Positions 25,200 to 39,569 of a DNA stretch of 64,000 bases are shown piece after piece. The position numbers and the translations under genes are program-made. How positions within the stretch are numbered: the first letter of the stretch is position 1; each line of letters starts with the position of its first letter. The notes beneath the pieces were generated by a model that saw only the letters and a list, made by a program, of their open reading frames with translations, had not been told where the DNA came from and made no database searches. Where the stretch lies: the NCBI GenBank assembly GCA_013239625.1, contig MU053684.1, positions 52,611 through 116,610 of the forward strand, given 5' to 3'. Source of the stretch: Lama guanicoe. Its lineage: Eukaryota.

Positions 25200-28100
25200 T
25201 TTCAAGGAATATGTCCATTTTGCTTTAGTTATCCAGTTAGCTGGCCTAAAGTTGTTCATAATACCTCCCTCCAATCTGTAGGATCTGTAGCAATTACCCC
25301 TTCCTCATTCCTGATATTCTTGTGTCCTCTTCTCTTTCCTTAATAATCTAATTCTACAGATTTATCAATTTAATTAATATTTTAAAATAGCACAGTATTT
25401 AAAAACTGCACATCACAAATTTTGGTATGTTGTATTTTCATTTCTATTTAGTTTTAAATGTTTTCTAATTTCTCTGTGATTTCTTCCTTAATTTATGGGT
25501 TCCTAATATTTGGGGGTTTTTTCAGATAGATTTCTGTTATTGATTACTAATTTAACTCTGTTATTACAGAACATTCATATAATTTCAATCTTTTTTAATT
25601 TACTGCTACTTGTCTTGTGGCCAAGGATATAGTCAATCTTAGTGAATATTCCAAATATACTTGAAATGCTGAGTGAAGTAGAAAAAGTAAAAGAAAGGCA
25701 AAGGGATTAAAGACTGCCATGCCATGCTCTAGGGGAAGTAGCAATTTTATTGTTGCAGCAGTTTCATGGGGAGCATTCTAGGGTACTTGAAATGCACTTG
25801 AAAAGAATATACATTTTTCTGTTATGTTAGGTGGATTTTCTACAAGTGTCAACTAGGTTGATTGATAGTATTGTTCTTATCTTCTATGAATTACTGATAT
25901 TGTTGAGTTTACACCTATCATTTTACTATTTGCTTTCTATTTATTCCAATTGCTCTGCAGGGTTTTTCTTCTCTTTCCCTCCTTCCTTTCAGATTAATTG
26001 GATACTTTTTAAGTTTCCAATTTGCCTCGAATATTGGCTTACTAGTTATCTCTGTTTCTCCTGGTGTTTGCTATAGATGATCATACTAAGTGATATAAAT
26101 CAGACAGAGAAAGACAAATATCATGATATCACTTATATGTGGAATCTAAAAAATAATGCAAATGAATCTATATAAAAAACAGAAGCAGACTCACAAACAT
26201 AGAAAACAAATTTATGATTACCAAAGAGGAAAGGGAAGGGGAGAGATAAATTAGGATTATGAGATTAACAGATACAAACTACTGTATACAAAATATACAA
26301 GCAATAAGAATTCACTTTATAGCACAGGGGACTATATTCAATATCCTGTATAACCTATAATGGAAAATAACCTGAAAAAATATATATATATAACTGAATC
26401 ACTTTGCCGTACACATGAAACTAACAAAATTTTGTAAATCAACTACACTTCAATTTTACACCACTTCATATATAATGTAAGAAACTTAAAATATATTTTC
26501 ATTTCCCATTCCTGTCCTTGCGACATTTTCATTATATATTTTACTTCTACATGCATTTTAAATCCCACAATACATTACTGTTTTGTGTTAGTCAATTATC
26601 TTTCCAAAAAATTTTAATAAGAAAACAAGATAATTTTATATATGCCCATATATTTACTATTTCTGGAGCTTCTCTTTCTTCTGTGTGGATCCAATTTACA
26701 TCTGGTGTAATTTTTTTTCTGGCTTTAGAACTTCCTTTAATATTTCCTATATGAAAATCTGCTGGAGATAAATTCTCTCAGCTTTTATCTGTCAGAAAAA
26801 AAATCTATTTAACTTTAAGTGTTGAAAGATATTGCTTCTGAGTATAGAATTCTAGGTTGACTTTTTTCTCAGCACTTTAAAGATGCTGTTTCATTGTCTT
26901 CTGGCTTTAAAATTCACTAGGAGGCCACCTGGGTGTGGAGTATTTTGATAAGAATTTAAGATTCAATTGCTCTAAATCTTATAGGTTTATTCAGATTTTG
27001 CATTTCTTCTTATGTTTTGTATCTTCCTTTTCATCTTCCTTATTGTATATTTATTTTCTATTTAATTAATTTCTGCTCTCATCTTTGCTACTACTTTCCT
27101 GCTATTTTCTTTGGCTTAATTTGCTATTTTTCTAATTTCTTGAGTTAAATAACAATATTATTGATTTTCAACCAATTTTCCTTTCTAATATTTGCATTTA
27201 AAGTTCTAAATTTACTTCTAATTAAGGCTTAAACTAGATCACACAAGTATGAAATACAGATTTTCATTATCCTTTATTAAAAACATATATATTTCTATTC
27301 CAGTTTCTTATTTAACCTATGGTTTATTTTTAAGATGTAACTCTTAATTTCCAGATGTATAGAGATCTTCTAATTGTCTTTCTTTTTTTTTTATTAAATT
27401 CCAATCTAATTCCATAGTGGGCAAAACACACTCATTTTAATCTTTGAATTTTATGGTGAGTTGCTTCCTAGCCCATTATATTTTGTGTATTTGGTAAAAA
27501 TATGTATTCTCCTCTTGCTGGGTGTAATACTTTTTGCTTATCAAATAAGTCAAGACTTTTAATTATATTATTCATGTTGTCTATATCAAACTCATTTTTT
27601 TTCTGCTTCTTCTGTTACTGGGATTTAATCATCTATTCTGTATGTACATTGATTGTCAGTCAATTTATGCTTTACATATTTTTAGACAACTTAACTTGAT
27701 GCATATTAACTTAGAACTGTTATATAATCTTTGTGAACTGATTATCATTATGAAAGGATCCTCTTTATATCTAGTAATGCTTTTTGCCTGAAAGTATACT
27801 TTGTATGAAATTAATGTAGTTACTCTAGCTCACTTTTGAATAATGTTTGCATTATGTTTCCTTTTGGTTCTTTCACTTTCAACTTTTCTGTATCTTTGTT
27901 TTAGATGTGTCCCTTATGATAAAAGTGTCTTTAATTTAATAATCTTTATATTTGTAATGAAATAGTTCATATATTTAAATTCAGTGTCATCACAGATATA
28001 TTTGGACTTAAACATATCCTACTACTTGCTTTCTATTCCTGCCATACATATCTTTTTCAACCTTCTTTGGATGGACAATTTTAATTATTCTGTTTTCTCC

Positions 28101-29420
28101 TCTATTAGATTGTTATTTATACATTACTTTACCATTCTTCTAATGATCACATTAAAGATATATGATTCATCCTTGACTTCAAGTCTTTAAATGTTTGGTA
28201 AAATTCACCAGTGAAGCCTTCTTGTCCTGGGATTTTTCTTCATTGGGAGAGCTCTGATTTCTGATTCAACCACCTTACTAGTAGTTGGTCTGTTCAGATT
28301 TTCTATTTCTTCTTGATTCAGTCTTAGTAAATTACATATTTCTAAAAATTTTCCCATTTTTTCTAGATTGTCTAGTTTCTTGGCATACAGTTGTTCATAG
28401 TAGCTTCTTATGATCCTTTGTGTTTCTATGGTATCAGATGTAATGTTTCCTCTTTCATTTATAAGTTTGTTGATTTGGATCCTCTCTCTTTTTTAGTTAG
28501 ATTTTAGTTAGATTAGGTAAAGGTTTATCAATTTTGCTTATGTTTTCAAAGAATCAGCTCTTAGTTTTGTTAATCTTTTCTATCATCTTTTGTTCTATAT
28601 TTCACTTATTTCTGCTCTAATCTTTATTTCCTTTCTTCTGCTAACTTTGGGCTCAGTTTGTTCTTCTTTTTACCCATTAGAGGTTTGAGGTCATAGCACA
28701 TATCTTTTTAGTGCTGAATAATACTCCATTATCTGAATGTACCACAGTTTATTTATCCATTCACCTACTGAAGGACATCCTGGTTGCTTCAAAGTTTTGG
28801 CAATTATGAATAAAGCTGTGATAAACATCCATGTGCATATTCTTGTGTGGACACAAGGTTTTTTAGCCCTTTTGGGTAAATACCAAGGAGCATGACTGCT
28901 GGATCATATGGTAAAGGTATGTTTAGCTTTGTAAGAAACCTCTGTTCTGTCTTCCAAAGTGGCTGTTTACATTCCTATCAGCAATGAATGAGACTTCCTT
29001 TTGCTCCACATCCTTACCAGCATTGGATGATGTCAGCATTTGGGACCACTCTAATAGGTATGTTGTGGTAGCTCATTGTTAATTTTATTTGAATCTCCCT
29101 GATGACATGTGGTGTGGGAGCATCTATTCATATACTTGTTTGCCATTTGTTATCTTCTTTGGTGAGGCATCATTTCAGTTCTTTTACCCATTTTCTAATT
29201 GGGTTGTTTATTGTTGACTTTCAAGAGTTCTTTGTATATTTTGGATAACACATCTTTATCAGATATGTTTTTGCAAATGTTTCCTCTGAGTCAGTGGATT
29301 GTCTCTCACTTTCTTGATAGTGTCTTTCACGGAACAGAGTTTTTTATTTTAATGAAGTCCAACTTATCAATTATTTTTTCATAGTTTGTGCCTTTGGCAA
29401 GTTGAACCAAAAAGTCATCA
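25200..29420 (-). mobile_element. Old LINE-1 fragments (antisense) with a nested + strand L1 3' end at ~26075-26455
   Basis: T-rich L1 ORF2 antisense motifs (ggtaaaattcaccagtgaagcc, gctttgtaagaaac...ttccaaagtggctg). Confidence 0.7.
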
Positions 29421-31685
29421 TCAAACCCATGTTAAATCCAGATATCTTTTTTTGTTAGGTTTATTTTGATTCCTCTATTTTTTTTCTTGATATTCTTATC
29501 TGAGTTTTTATCAGTTCTACTTCCCTGGGAGACACGCTCTAGATATTTAATTTGGTTTTCCTACCACTGGTTTTGAGTGAAATATCTCTTTGCTTATTCA
29601 GGATAATTTGCCCTAAGCCATCAGATTAACTATCAGACTCAGGATTTCTCATTATTGACAATCATTATGCCATTGAAGTCATGACAGGGCCTGCTCATGT
29701 GTCTGTGTACAAAGTGAAAAATCCTTGCTCTTATATTTGACACAGGAGGGAAGGATCCTTGCTTCCATGTCTCTCCCTAACCAGATCTTTCCTAACTACA
29801 AGAATTGGGAGCAATTTGGCCCAGCAAGATGGGCAGGATCAAGGATACTCTCCTAAGAGCACAAAAGAGTATAAAAGAACAGCCTTTTCCAATGGGCTTC
29901 ACAAGTTTTCACATGTTAAGCTCCCTCAAAGAATCATAAACTCCTGATATTTTCCCCAGGCCTCAAGGAGAGAAAAGTCCTCACCTCTAGAACTAATAAC
30001 TCAGGCTGTATCATAGGAAAATGCTGTTCCTACCCTTTCTCCCTAAAGATCTCTATAGAACCAGCATCCTCAAAGATGAGGACAGAGAGTCACAATGTAC
30101 TCACATCACTATATGTCACTATCTTTTATACTTAAAAACAATAAACATTTGCTAAACATTGTTGAAGAGCAGTAGAAAAGAGGCCACTAAGTAAAATCCA
30201 ACACATGGAATCCCTTAGCACTAAACAGGTATCATGCCTAGGAAACAATGACCATACTAAGACTACCTCTCAGGATTACTTATACTGCCTTTTCAACAAC
30301 AAATATTCAGTCTGGGTAGGGTGAAGGTGGGGATGGTGTGAGGAAGCAGTGAGAACACGAGAGACAAAATAAGACAGAACAGAGAGAAGAAGACAGAAGT
30401 GGAAATACAATAAACTGTAGTGTCTGAATGTCTCAGAGCCTGGATTCAAATCTCAGTTCACTCTTAAAGAGAATTATGGGCTTGAAAAAAGCAAAGGTGA
30501 GGAGAAAAAAAAAAAACTCCTTACCAAAGGCAAACCATATTTATTTATTCCAGTATGTGTTTTAGAGAGAGGGAAAGAAACATGCATGAACTATTAGCAA
30601 TTCTTTATCTACTTCACATCTCTAGTTTTCTTTATCCATCATAGGGACAGAGGTAGTACTAATAACTATGGATATTACCAAAATCTTGATGTTCCTATAA
30701 TTCATTCCCTCTTTCCCTTGTCCAGTAGTCAGCATGCACTAACTTACTAACAATGGGAAGGAGTATTTAAGTACAATGGTTTAAAAATCTGTTTTTCTAC
30801 AATCCATATGTGGTTGAGAAGTTCTGATTTGGGCTGCCTAACAAATAGAGGACAGGTAAGAATACGATGAAAATGTGAATACAGCAGGGTTTGCATGTTC
30901 TAATGCCTTATAACTATCATGAAAAGTTTCAATCAAAGGTACAGAAAAATATTTATGGATGTTATTGTCTTCAATCTAACAAACTTAAGAAATCTTAAAA
31001 CCATCAGATTAGCACTGTTCTTAAATCACAATAGGGGTTGCACAAACTGGTTAATTCCAATGAAGTTGACTTTTCTGATACAATACTATAGGTTCATTTT
31101 TCTGATGTTCCACATTAAAAAGTGTAAATAGAAGCCTTGTTCTTAATTAAAAACATAAGCAGATAAAAAAAACTTTCGCACTTTTGTGGCAAACCTTTCT
31201 GATCAAAACTAGAAGTTACTTTCTTATTTCTCAGCAAATTTATGGAAATCTCAACAGTCCTTGAAGTGAAAGAGATGAAAGGGAATACAGAATGGCTGCA
31301 CAGATTTCCCAGACCTATGACATTTCTACTATGAAGACTAAGAACAAAATAAAGATGACTTAGGGCCCCAAAATTGTCTAACTTTAAAATTAATTCCCCC
31401 AAAAGAAGTATTAGAGGAAAACGTGACATTGGGCTCCTTCTATGAGGGAAACCACAGTTGTATATTGAAGTTTGTATTCTATGAAAGACTCAGAATCTTC
31501 AGCAAGTTCCCAAACTGTTCCTTAACTCTAATTGACTTCAGTTTATTAATTCTTTAAAAGCTTTTGATCTTTCTAGTTACTAATATTTTCAGTCCTACAT
31601 GGCATACAATAAAGTAATATTAAAGAAAACTAGGGTCTCCTTCCCTTAAGCAAATGATACTTACATGTTTACATTTATATTTCAG

Positions 31686-31706
31686 AAAAGATATCAGACC
31701 CCAGCA
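31686..31706 (+). CDS. Downstream array micro-exon 1 (21 nt, x-KISDPS)
   Basis: tttatatttcag|AAAAGATATCAGACCCCAGCA|gtaagt. Confidence 0.7.
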
Positions 31707-32509
31707 GTAAGTTTCTTTCTTGTTTGTTTCTTATTTGTGATTGATTTAGTATTAATGGTGTGGAAGTTTTTTTACCTCACTGATTGTTACCAGTTCCATG
31801 TCTATCATGTTTAAATATGAGCCCCAAAATGTGTTCAGCGTGGGCAGAAGTGGGTGAGTTCCAGTTTACAAGGCATTTATCTCAACTCCCTGCTAAAATC
31901 TCACTGGAATGAAAATAAAGAGACAGAAAAAGCATACACACAGATGATAAAGAACAGGAGGAAAGGAAAGGAGAGCAAGTTTTAAGTGTTGAGAAAATTT
32001 TGAAAACAGGTGACTAACTAACTTAGCAGGCAGAAGAAGCCTGAGTCCAAACAGCAGAGAAAGGCAAGAATATCAGTTCAAATGGAGAATTCTAGAGAGG
32101 CTCAAGAAGAAGGCAGATGTGCAGGGTGGGACTAAAATCAGGATGACCAATTAAAAATCTTTATCAGAACCTTGAACACCCTGCTCCACCGTTCACAGCC
32201 AGGCAAACACCCCACCTTAAAAGAACCTTAATGGTTTAATGGCTAGAGAGGTTCTACATAGTTCTTGGTACAACCGCAACAAGGCATATCTTTGCTTACC
32301 AGGAAAAAATTTAGAGAATTTTTTATGGGAAAAAACAAACTCCCCGAAGAAAAGGCCTATCTAAATATATACCTTTAGATAGTCTTATTTTTAAACATTT
32401 TTTATTTTTTAAATATTTTAAATGGAGACCTCAAGCAAAACAAAAAAACTTGGACACCAATTTGCCTTATGATAAAAAGCCACCAACAATGCCCATTCCT
32501 CCCCATTTC

Positions 32510-33980
32510 CGCTTGTAATGTCTTCCATTTGTTCTGCTGGACCTCAGATGCTCTCTACTGCTTTTTTATTTCATTCATTGAGTTCTTTAGCTTCAGATTT
32601 TCTGATTGGTTCTTTTCATGATTTCTCTTTGTTAAATATCTCATTTTGAAACTTTTTTTCATTATTTCATTGAATTATCTTTCTGTGTTTTCTTGTAGCT
32701 TATTGTATTTCTTCAACACAGCTATTTTGAATTCTTTATCAGCTAGATTGCAAAATTCCATGCCTTTGCATTTGGTTATTGGAGAATTATTATCCTTTGG
32801 GGATGATGTTTCCTTGATTTTTCATATTCCTTGTAGTTCTGCAATGTTGCTTTCACATTTGAAGTAGCAGGCATCTACCTAAATATTTGCTATTTACTTT
32901 CAGATAGAGTATTCTATTCCTTGGTGGTGTTATTAACTGGGGTTTTCTTTGCCTTATACAGGTACACCTGTTTTCACTCTTCTCATTTCTTCATGTGGCA
33001 AAATTCTTAAGCTTTAATATCTTTTTTAATTCTTACAACTACTTGGATGACCACTGGAAATCACTCTTTTGTTTTCCAGAAGGTAGTATTATATCTCAAG
33101 TTTATTTCTCCCTTGTCTGCAGACCCTGGCCTATTTTCTGAGTACACTCCCTGACTACTGAAATTTGCTCTTGCCACTGTACTCAGGAGTAAGTATAAGG
33201 AGCCAGCCACAGGGTAGAGACAGGTGTGAGTTTAGCACTCAGTGTACTGGTGTAGAAAGATCCCCAGATGTGGTCCTCCTAGAGGCTTGCGAATGGACTT
33301 CTTGCTAAGCACAGTCAGTAGAAACCACATCCCTTTAATGCTCTTTGATATACTTATCTGCCCTTTTATCAATCTTCCTCCTTCTCCCACCTCAGTACTC
33401 ACAGTGCTGCTAGAGAGAAATGGGTTTCCCCAGCTGCATTCCACACCACAAGGGTAGCCACCCATTCCCTCACCACTCTTTCTCTTGTAGGAGAGTTCTG
33501 CCACTGCCTGATAGTATGGTTCCTTGCAGTGTTGCTTTGGGGGATTTGCGGGGGTGGCAGGTTGGGGACAACACTGGTAAATTCTTCTTACCATCTCCAT
33601 TGTGACCAAATCAAGCTTGGGGCGGCGGGGGGGGGAAGCATGCTAAAATCTCCCCTAAGGAAGGCTGGACTTCTGCAATTTCTCTCTTTTCTATGAGTAT
33701 CTTCCCAGGACAGCACTCTACAGGTTTTTTCCAAATGCAGCAAGAGGGGCTGGGGCAGTTTCAAGGCTTCACTGATTCCACAGTCTGAACTGAGGTCTGT
33801 CTTTCTATTAACAGATGCACATATGGGCGAGACTCCTCCCAGGTCCCTTGGCCTAAGGTGCTAGATTCCACAGCTCCCACAAAGGTGCTTTTGTTCATGA
33901 ATGGATATCTAATTCTTTGTTGAAAGAGGAGGGGAGAGGAGGAATGTCTTACATCACCATGATGCTGATATCACCCCCCA
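32510..33980 (-). mobile_element. Probable old LINE-1 5'UTR/ORF1 remnant
   Basis: T-rich ORF1-like antisense sequence grading into a GC-richer segment. Confidence 0.45.
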
Positions 33981-36673
33981 CTTAAACTCTTTCTACATTA
34001 TTATGTTTAATGTGTCTCTTGCAAGATAGACATACGTATATAGATATAGATAGATATGAATTTTTTACTCCAGTCTGAAATCTTTTTTAGTTGGAGTATT
34101 TATCAATTTAATGTAATTCATTATTTATATATTGGGGTTAAAATATCTTATTATATGTTTCTAATTGTCTCACCGATCCTATATCCTATTCCTTTCTCTC
34201 TATTCCAATTTCTTAGATTAATTTGTTTTTTATAATTCCCTTGTCTCCTTCCTTTCCATGTCAGTTATACATTCTTTTGCTATGCTTTTAGTAGCTTTCA
34301 TGAAGATGAAAGCATGCATACTAATGTTATTTAATATAAATTACTACTTTTAACATTTCATAGATAATTTAAAAGATTTAGAACACTTAAACTCTACCTC
34401 TGCCTTTTCACCCCACAAAACATTATTATTACTTTATATAGTCAATATTTGCTTCTACTTACCTACAAACTTGCTTTTCTATTGTAATTGTTTTCAAGCA
34501 ACTACATGTTTCCATCAGAAAATTTTTCTGTTTCTTGTAACATCTTTTCATGTTCTGCCTCATTCTATCTCTCCTTTACTTCTACAGCTACTATCATGTT
34601 TGTTAGACTTTTCCCCATATTCCATATGTTTCTATACTCTTTTATGATGTGTATGATTTCTTGCTAGTTGTCTGTCAACTGGAGAAAGCTCTCAGCTGCA
34701 GAGACCCTTGCAGTTCCTCACCACAAGGACCTCTCACAACATTGCAGCTTACTTATTCAAAGCCAGGAGCAAAATCTCTTGTTCTAGTCTGCTAAGACTA
34801 TGTCTTACATAACGTAGCATTACCATGGGAATGACTATCCTTTCACTTTGGCTATATATTATTGGCTGGAAGCAAGTCACAGATTCCACACACACTTTGT
34901 GGAAGGGATTACACAAAGATGTGACTCCTTTAACATTCCCTTTCGTGCATGCCCCTTCTCTCTCCATCCCATTTTTTTTGTAAATATATATTTTTCTTAA
35001 TTGAAATACAGTCAGTTTACAATGTTGTGTCAAGTTCTGGTGTACAGCATAATGCTTCAGTCATACATGAACATACATATTTTTAATATTTACATACATT
35101 TCTAGGAGAAAGGGCCTACATTTAAATACTCCATGTTTATCATTTGAGAAAATATGATTATAAATGGATAAGGTAGGAAACTAATGTGTTTTGCTATAAG
35201 CCTACTGAATTAACTTTTTAATATTAGATTAAATGTAACTTTCATGAAAACAAGTAAACTTTAATTTACATTTGAATATGCCAATTGTGTATCATGTTCC
35301 AAATCAAAAAAGCTATTTAGAGAAAACTAGTTTTCTTTTCACAGATAAATAACAATTTTGTGTTTGTTTTGTTTGTGTTTCAGTTGAGACTCCAGAGTCT
35401 ATCCAAAGTATACTTTCAATTTCTCAAATCTGCTTTGGTCTCCTAGTTGCACAAAAATTTTTGTATTCTCAGGCTATTATAACTTCAAGTTTATTAATCA
35501 GTCTAAAATAGATGAGGGAGACAAAACATTAATCTCCTCTCAGGCAAATCAAACTGATGGACTTACTTGTATGAAAGATCTTAGAATGAATCAGTACCCT
35601 CCCATCCAGTTTCTAAAATGTAGATGATTTGATCTGCTAATGGTGAAGGAGATTTTTAGATATTGCCATGTCTGCTTGTAAAACCATCCAGGTAAAAAGT
35701 GTCAGAGGCCATAATAGGTAAATTGAAGAGGGACACTTTCTTCTCTTCCCTTCAGAAACCAACTAAAGTTTTCAAATTCTTTTTCACCATAAGTTACTAC
35801 AAGATATTGAATATAGTTCCCTGTGCTATACAGTATAAACTTGTTTTCTATCCCACTTCTATAACTGAAATTTCATGTTTGTTAGGCTATTTTGTAATAT
35901 CCTATATGTCTCTTTTCTGAGATGTTCACTTTCTCACTAGTTGTCAGCTGAGGCCACTGTCAGATCCTAGAGACTTCTAAAGTTTCTTGTCACATTACCC
36001 TCTCAAAGGCACTCTCACAACATGTAAGCTTACATCTTCAAAGCTAGCAGAATTTCTCAATCTAATCACCTAGAACCAAGCCATAGATTATGTAACATTA
36101 ACATGGAAGTGACTATCCTATTACCTTAGCCAAATGCTATTGACCAAACACAAGTCACATGTTCTATTCTCACTGAAGTGGAGTGTGTTATATAAGGGTC
36201 TATATATAAACCATTGGATTTATCTTAAAATATGGCTATTACAGAAAGATAAAAGAGGCAATACATTAGGTGGAGGAACAAGAAAGCCTAATCTTGAGAG
36301 TAAGAAGTCAGTAGATGACATTTTAAACTAAAAATATAAGAAATTGCATTTTGATAAAGCAGTTTTTAAATTTTTCTATAAATTCCAGAAGAAGAGATTA
36401 CACATAAATATTGAATAATTGTGGGGAGAAAATTTTGTGAATATATTCAGTAGGGAACTAATGACTTTACTATACACCTACAACATGAGTTGACTTTAAA
36501 ATTAGAAAATATATGACTTTCATAAACAAGTATATTTTAATAGTACACCTGAGTATGTCCATTTTACATTGTGACTTAATCAAAAAGATTGTAAGAAAAA
36601 TTGTAGGAAAAAGATTAAAAGAAAAAAGTTTTCTTAGGCAAATAATTTTCTGTTTGTTTTGTTTGTGTTTTAG

Positions 36674-36694
36674 TTGAGACTGCAGAATCCATCC
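36674..36694 (+). pseudogene. Decayed micro-exon (donor GT>AT)
   Basis: tgtgttttag|TTGAGACTGCAGAATCCATCC|ataagtt; paralogue at 35384 has a weak donor. Confidence 0.55.
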
Positions 36695-37243
36695 ATAAGT
36701 TAATTTTGAATTTTTCATATCTACACATTCTACTTGTTGGAAGGAAGACTTTTGAGTTCTTGAAGTTATAACTTCAATTTTTAAAGTCATTCTAACCTAA
36801 ATTAGAAAAAGAAATATTCATTAAACTTGTATTTTTTTTTTATCCTTTTCACTAAATAATCTTGGGATGATTTGGAGAAGGGTAGAAAAAGAGGCTAAGC
36901 CCAGTTGTCCATAGTAGGAAGTCTATATACATTATCCATATTTTTAAGTTATAAAATAAACACTCTATAAGCAAATAGTAGTTAAATTGCCAGTCCAAAA
37001 ATATGTAAATGTAAAGGAAATTGGGGGCAGGAAGGGATTGTTCAGAGAACTGCTGTTTTTACCTACATAATATAATCTTACTTTTAAAATAGATATATGA
37101 ACTTTGATATAAGAAAAGCTCAATTTAAATAACTTATATAACTTTGGTATTCTATCAAGTGATTTTAGAAAAATAATAAGGAAAACTAATTTCCTTCTAA
37201 TGGTCAACCAACGTCTATATTTTTATCTTTCTTCTTATTTCAG

Positions 37244-37264
37244 TTGTGACTTCAAAACCTGTCA
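37244..37264 (+). CDS. Downstream array micro-exon 2 (21 nt, x-VTSKPV)
   Basis: cttcttatttcag|TTGTGACTTCAAAACCTGTCA|gtaagt. Confidence 0.75.
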
Positions 37265-37439
37265 GTAAGTTCCTCTTTTGAATCTCGAATATTGTATGTG
37301 TATGTATCAATTAACATTGGATCTCTGTATTCTTTAGCTATCATCATTTCTATATTTGTATCTGCTGTTTAAAAATTAGAAATAATTGTTACTACATCTT
37401 CCAGTTAGCTTGTATGTTTATTTGTATTTATTTCTGTAG

Positions 37440-37460
37440 GAACAATCTCAACACAAACCG
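37440..37460 (+). CDS. Downstream array micro-exon 3 (21 nt, x-TISTQT)
   Basis: tttatttctgtag|GAACAATCTCAACACAAACCG|gtaagt. Confidence 0.75.
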
Positions 37461-38518
37461 GTAAGTTCCTCTACATTGCTTATCACTACAATGATTTGCT
37501 CTCTTAGGAAAAAAAAAAATTTCCTTTCCTACAATTTTTATAAATCTCATTATTAAAAGAGTATCACTGATACACTGAAGTTGAAAATTAAAACTTTTAA
37601 AACTCCAGTTTCCTCAATGTACTCTTGAGAACACACTAAATTGAGAGAAAAGACATGTTTTAAAATACTAAACTATGATGTCTAAGAAATAACAGAAGAA
37701 TGCACCAGAAGAAAATCTGAAACAAAATTCTTAAAGCCAACAGCAATGAGTAATAACTAGCTAATCTGACCTATACATATGAATCCTAAGTAAACCCAAG
37801 AGGGCTAATCCTAAATGGCAGAATTAAAAATGCTCAGGATTATCAGGGCCCAAGTAACATTTTAATGAAGCATGTGAAGGTGGGGATGAAGACAAAATGA
37901 TTAGCTTAAAATTTGTTATGTAAGTCTATATAAATCATGTCTTCCACTACTTTCCATGTGGCTTCCACTCTGGTACCCACACTGTAACTGAATAGAGGAA
38001 AAGAAGTGAATGCTCAGGACAGGTTGACTCAAAGGAACTCTACGTATCAAAGGGATTCCACATACAGGTAAAATCAGAGTGACATCAGAACAATAGAGGA
38101 ACAAAATAAGAGTCTACAATCTACATTTTCCCCTCAATGTACTCAGAGCAACTTGACAGTCAGATTTACATTCTTCGTACAAGAAATGTATGGAATATAT
38201 CTTGGAATAAAATAAACTATACTAAGGGAAAGACCTAGAGATTCTGAAATGGTATAATGAGGTTCATCCAGTAAAGCTAATAGGCTCAGGTGACAATTGA
38301 TACTTAATGATACTTAATATCACCTACTTAGAGCTTTATTTTTCAATATAAATGGACTTCCAAGGATCACAATACACTGCAGGACAATACTCTACCTTGA
38401 AAGATGAAGGACCAAACTATCATGCAGAAAGTAAGAAATTAGAGAAAACCAAGAAATTTGGAGGGAGAAATGAAAGCTTAAATAAGACACATAAGAGATG
38501 AAATCTTATACTCATAAA

Positions 38519-39020
38519 ACGGATAAAGAAGTGGGGTGTGTGTGTATGTGTGTGTGTGTGTGTATGTAGTGGAATATTACTCAGCCATTAAATGAAATCT
38601 TGCCATATGCAACATGAATGGATCTAGAGAGTATTATGCTAAGTGATATAAGTCAGAGAAAAACAAATACCACATGATCTCACTTATATGTAGGATCTAA
38701 AAGATAAAACAAACAAAAAACAAAACAAAACCAGACTCATAGATACAGAGAACAAACAGGTGGTTGCCAGAGGGGAGGGAGGTGGGGGTTGAACAAAATA
38801 GGTAAAAGGGATCAAAAGGTACAAAGCTCCAGTTATAAAAATAAGGAAGTCATGGAGATGTAAAATAAAGCATAAGAGATGTGGTTATTAATGTTGTAAT
38901 AACTTTGGGGACAAATGATAATTAGACCATTTTGTAATGTATACAAATGTCAAATCACTATGTAGCACTTAAAACTAACATAATATTGTAAATCAACTAT
39001 ATTTCAAATAATTGTTTTTT
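38519..39020 (+). mobile_element. LINE-1 3' end
   Basis: ggaatattactcagcca...atctcacttatatg...aaatcaactatatttcaa. Confidence 0.8.
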
Positions 39021-39336
39021 AAAAAGGCAAAAAAATGACACCAGAAAACAAAAGAACACCTAAAAGTTTTTCGGAAGTGTTTGCCACTAAGGGAGGGAGT
39101 TGGGAGTATAGGGAGTAAGTCACAAGGCTAATTTTCATAAAAGGCCAATAAAACTTCATTTTTAAAACATATACATAAATATTATGAAAATTTGATTTTT
39201 TACTTTCATATAATTATACATTTTGCTGATAATGAAAGACTTTTAGGGGAGCCATATTCTTCTCCCCATACAATAACACTTATTCCTCTTATCTGTGTTT
39301 GTATTTTTTTAAACATTTTTTGTGTTTGCATTTTAG

Positions 39337-39360
39337 TTACAACTAAAGAACCACTCACAA
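39337..39360 (+). CDS. Downstream array micro-exon 4 (24 nt, x-TTKEPLT)
   Basis: tttgcattttag|TTACAACTAAAGAACCACTCACAA|gtaagt. Confidence 0.72.
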
Positions 39361-39569
39361 GTAAGTTCCTCTTATATTTCTTAGATCTAATTTGGTCCCC
39401 TAGTTATTTGGAAATCCTATTACTCTAATTATTATTTCTGATTTTAAAACTTACTCTGGAAGAGAATCTTTAGAAGAAAAGAACAATCTACTTTCAAACT
39501 ACATTGAGGCTTTTATTTATGTTGAAGCAAGACCCCACAACCTATTACCTGGTTCGTTTTTCTTTTCAT

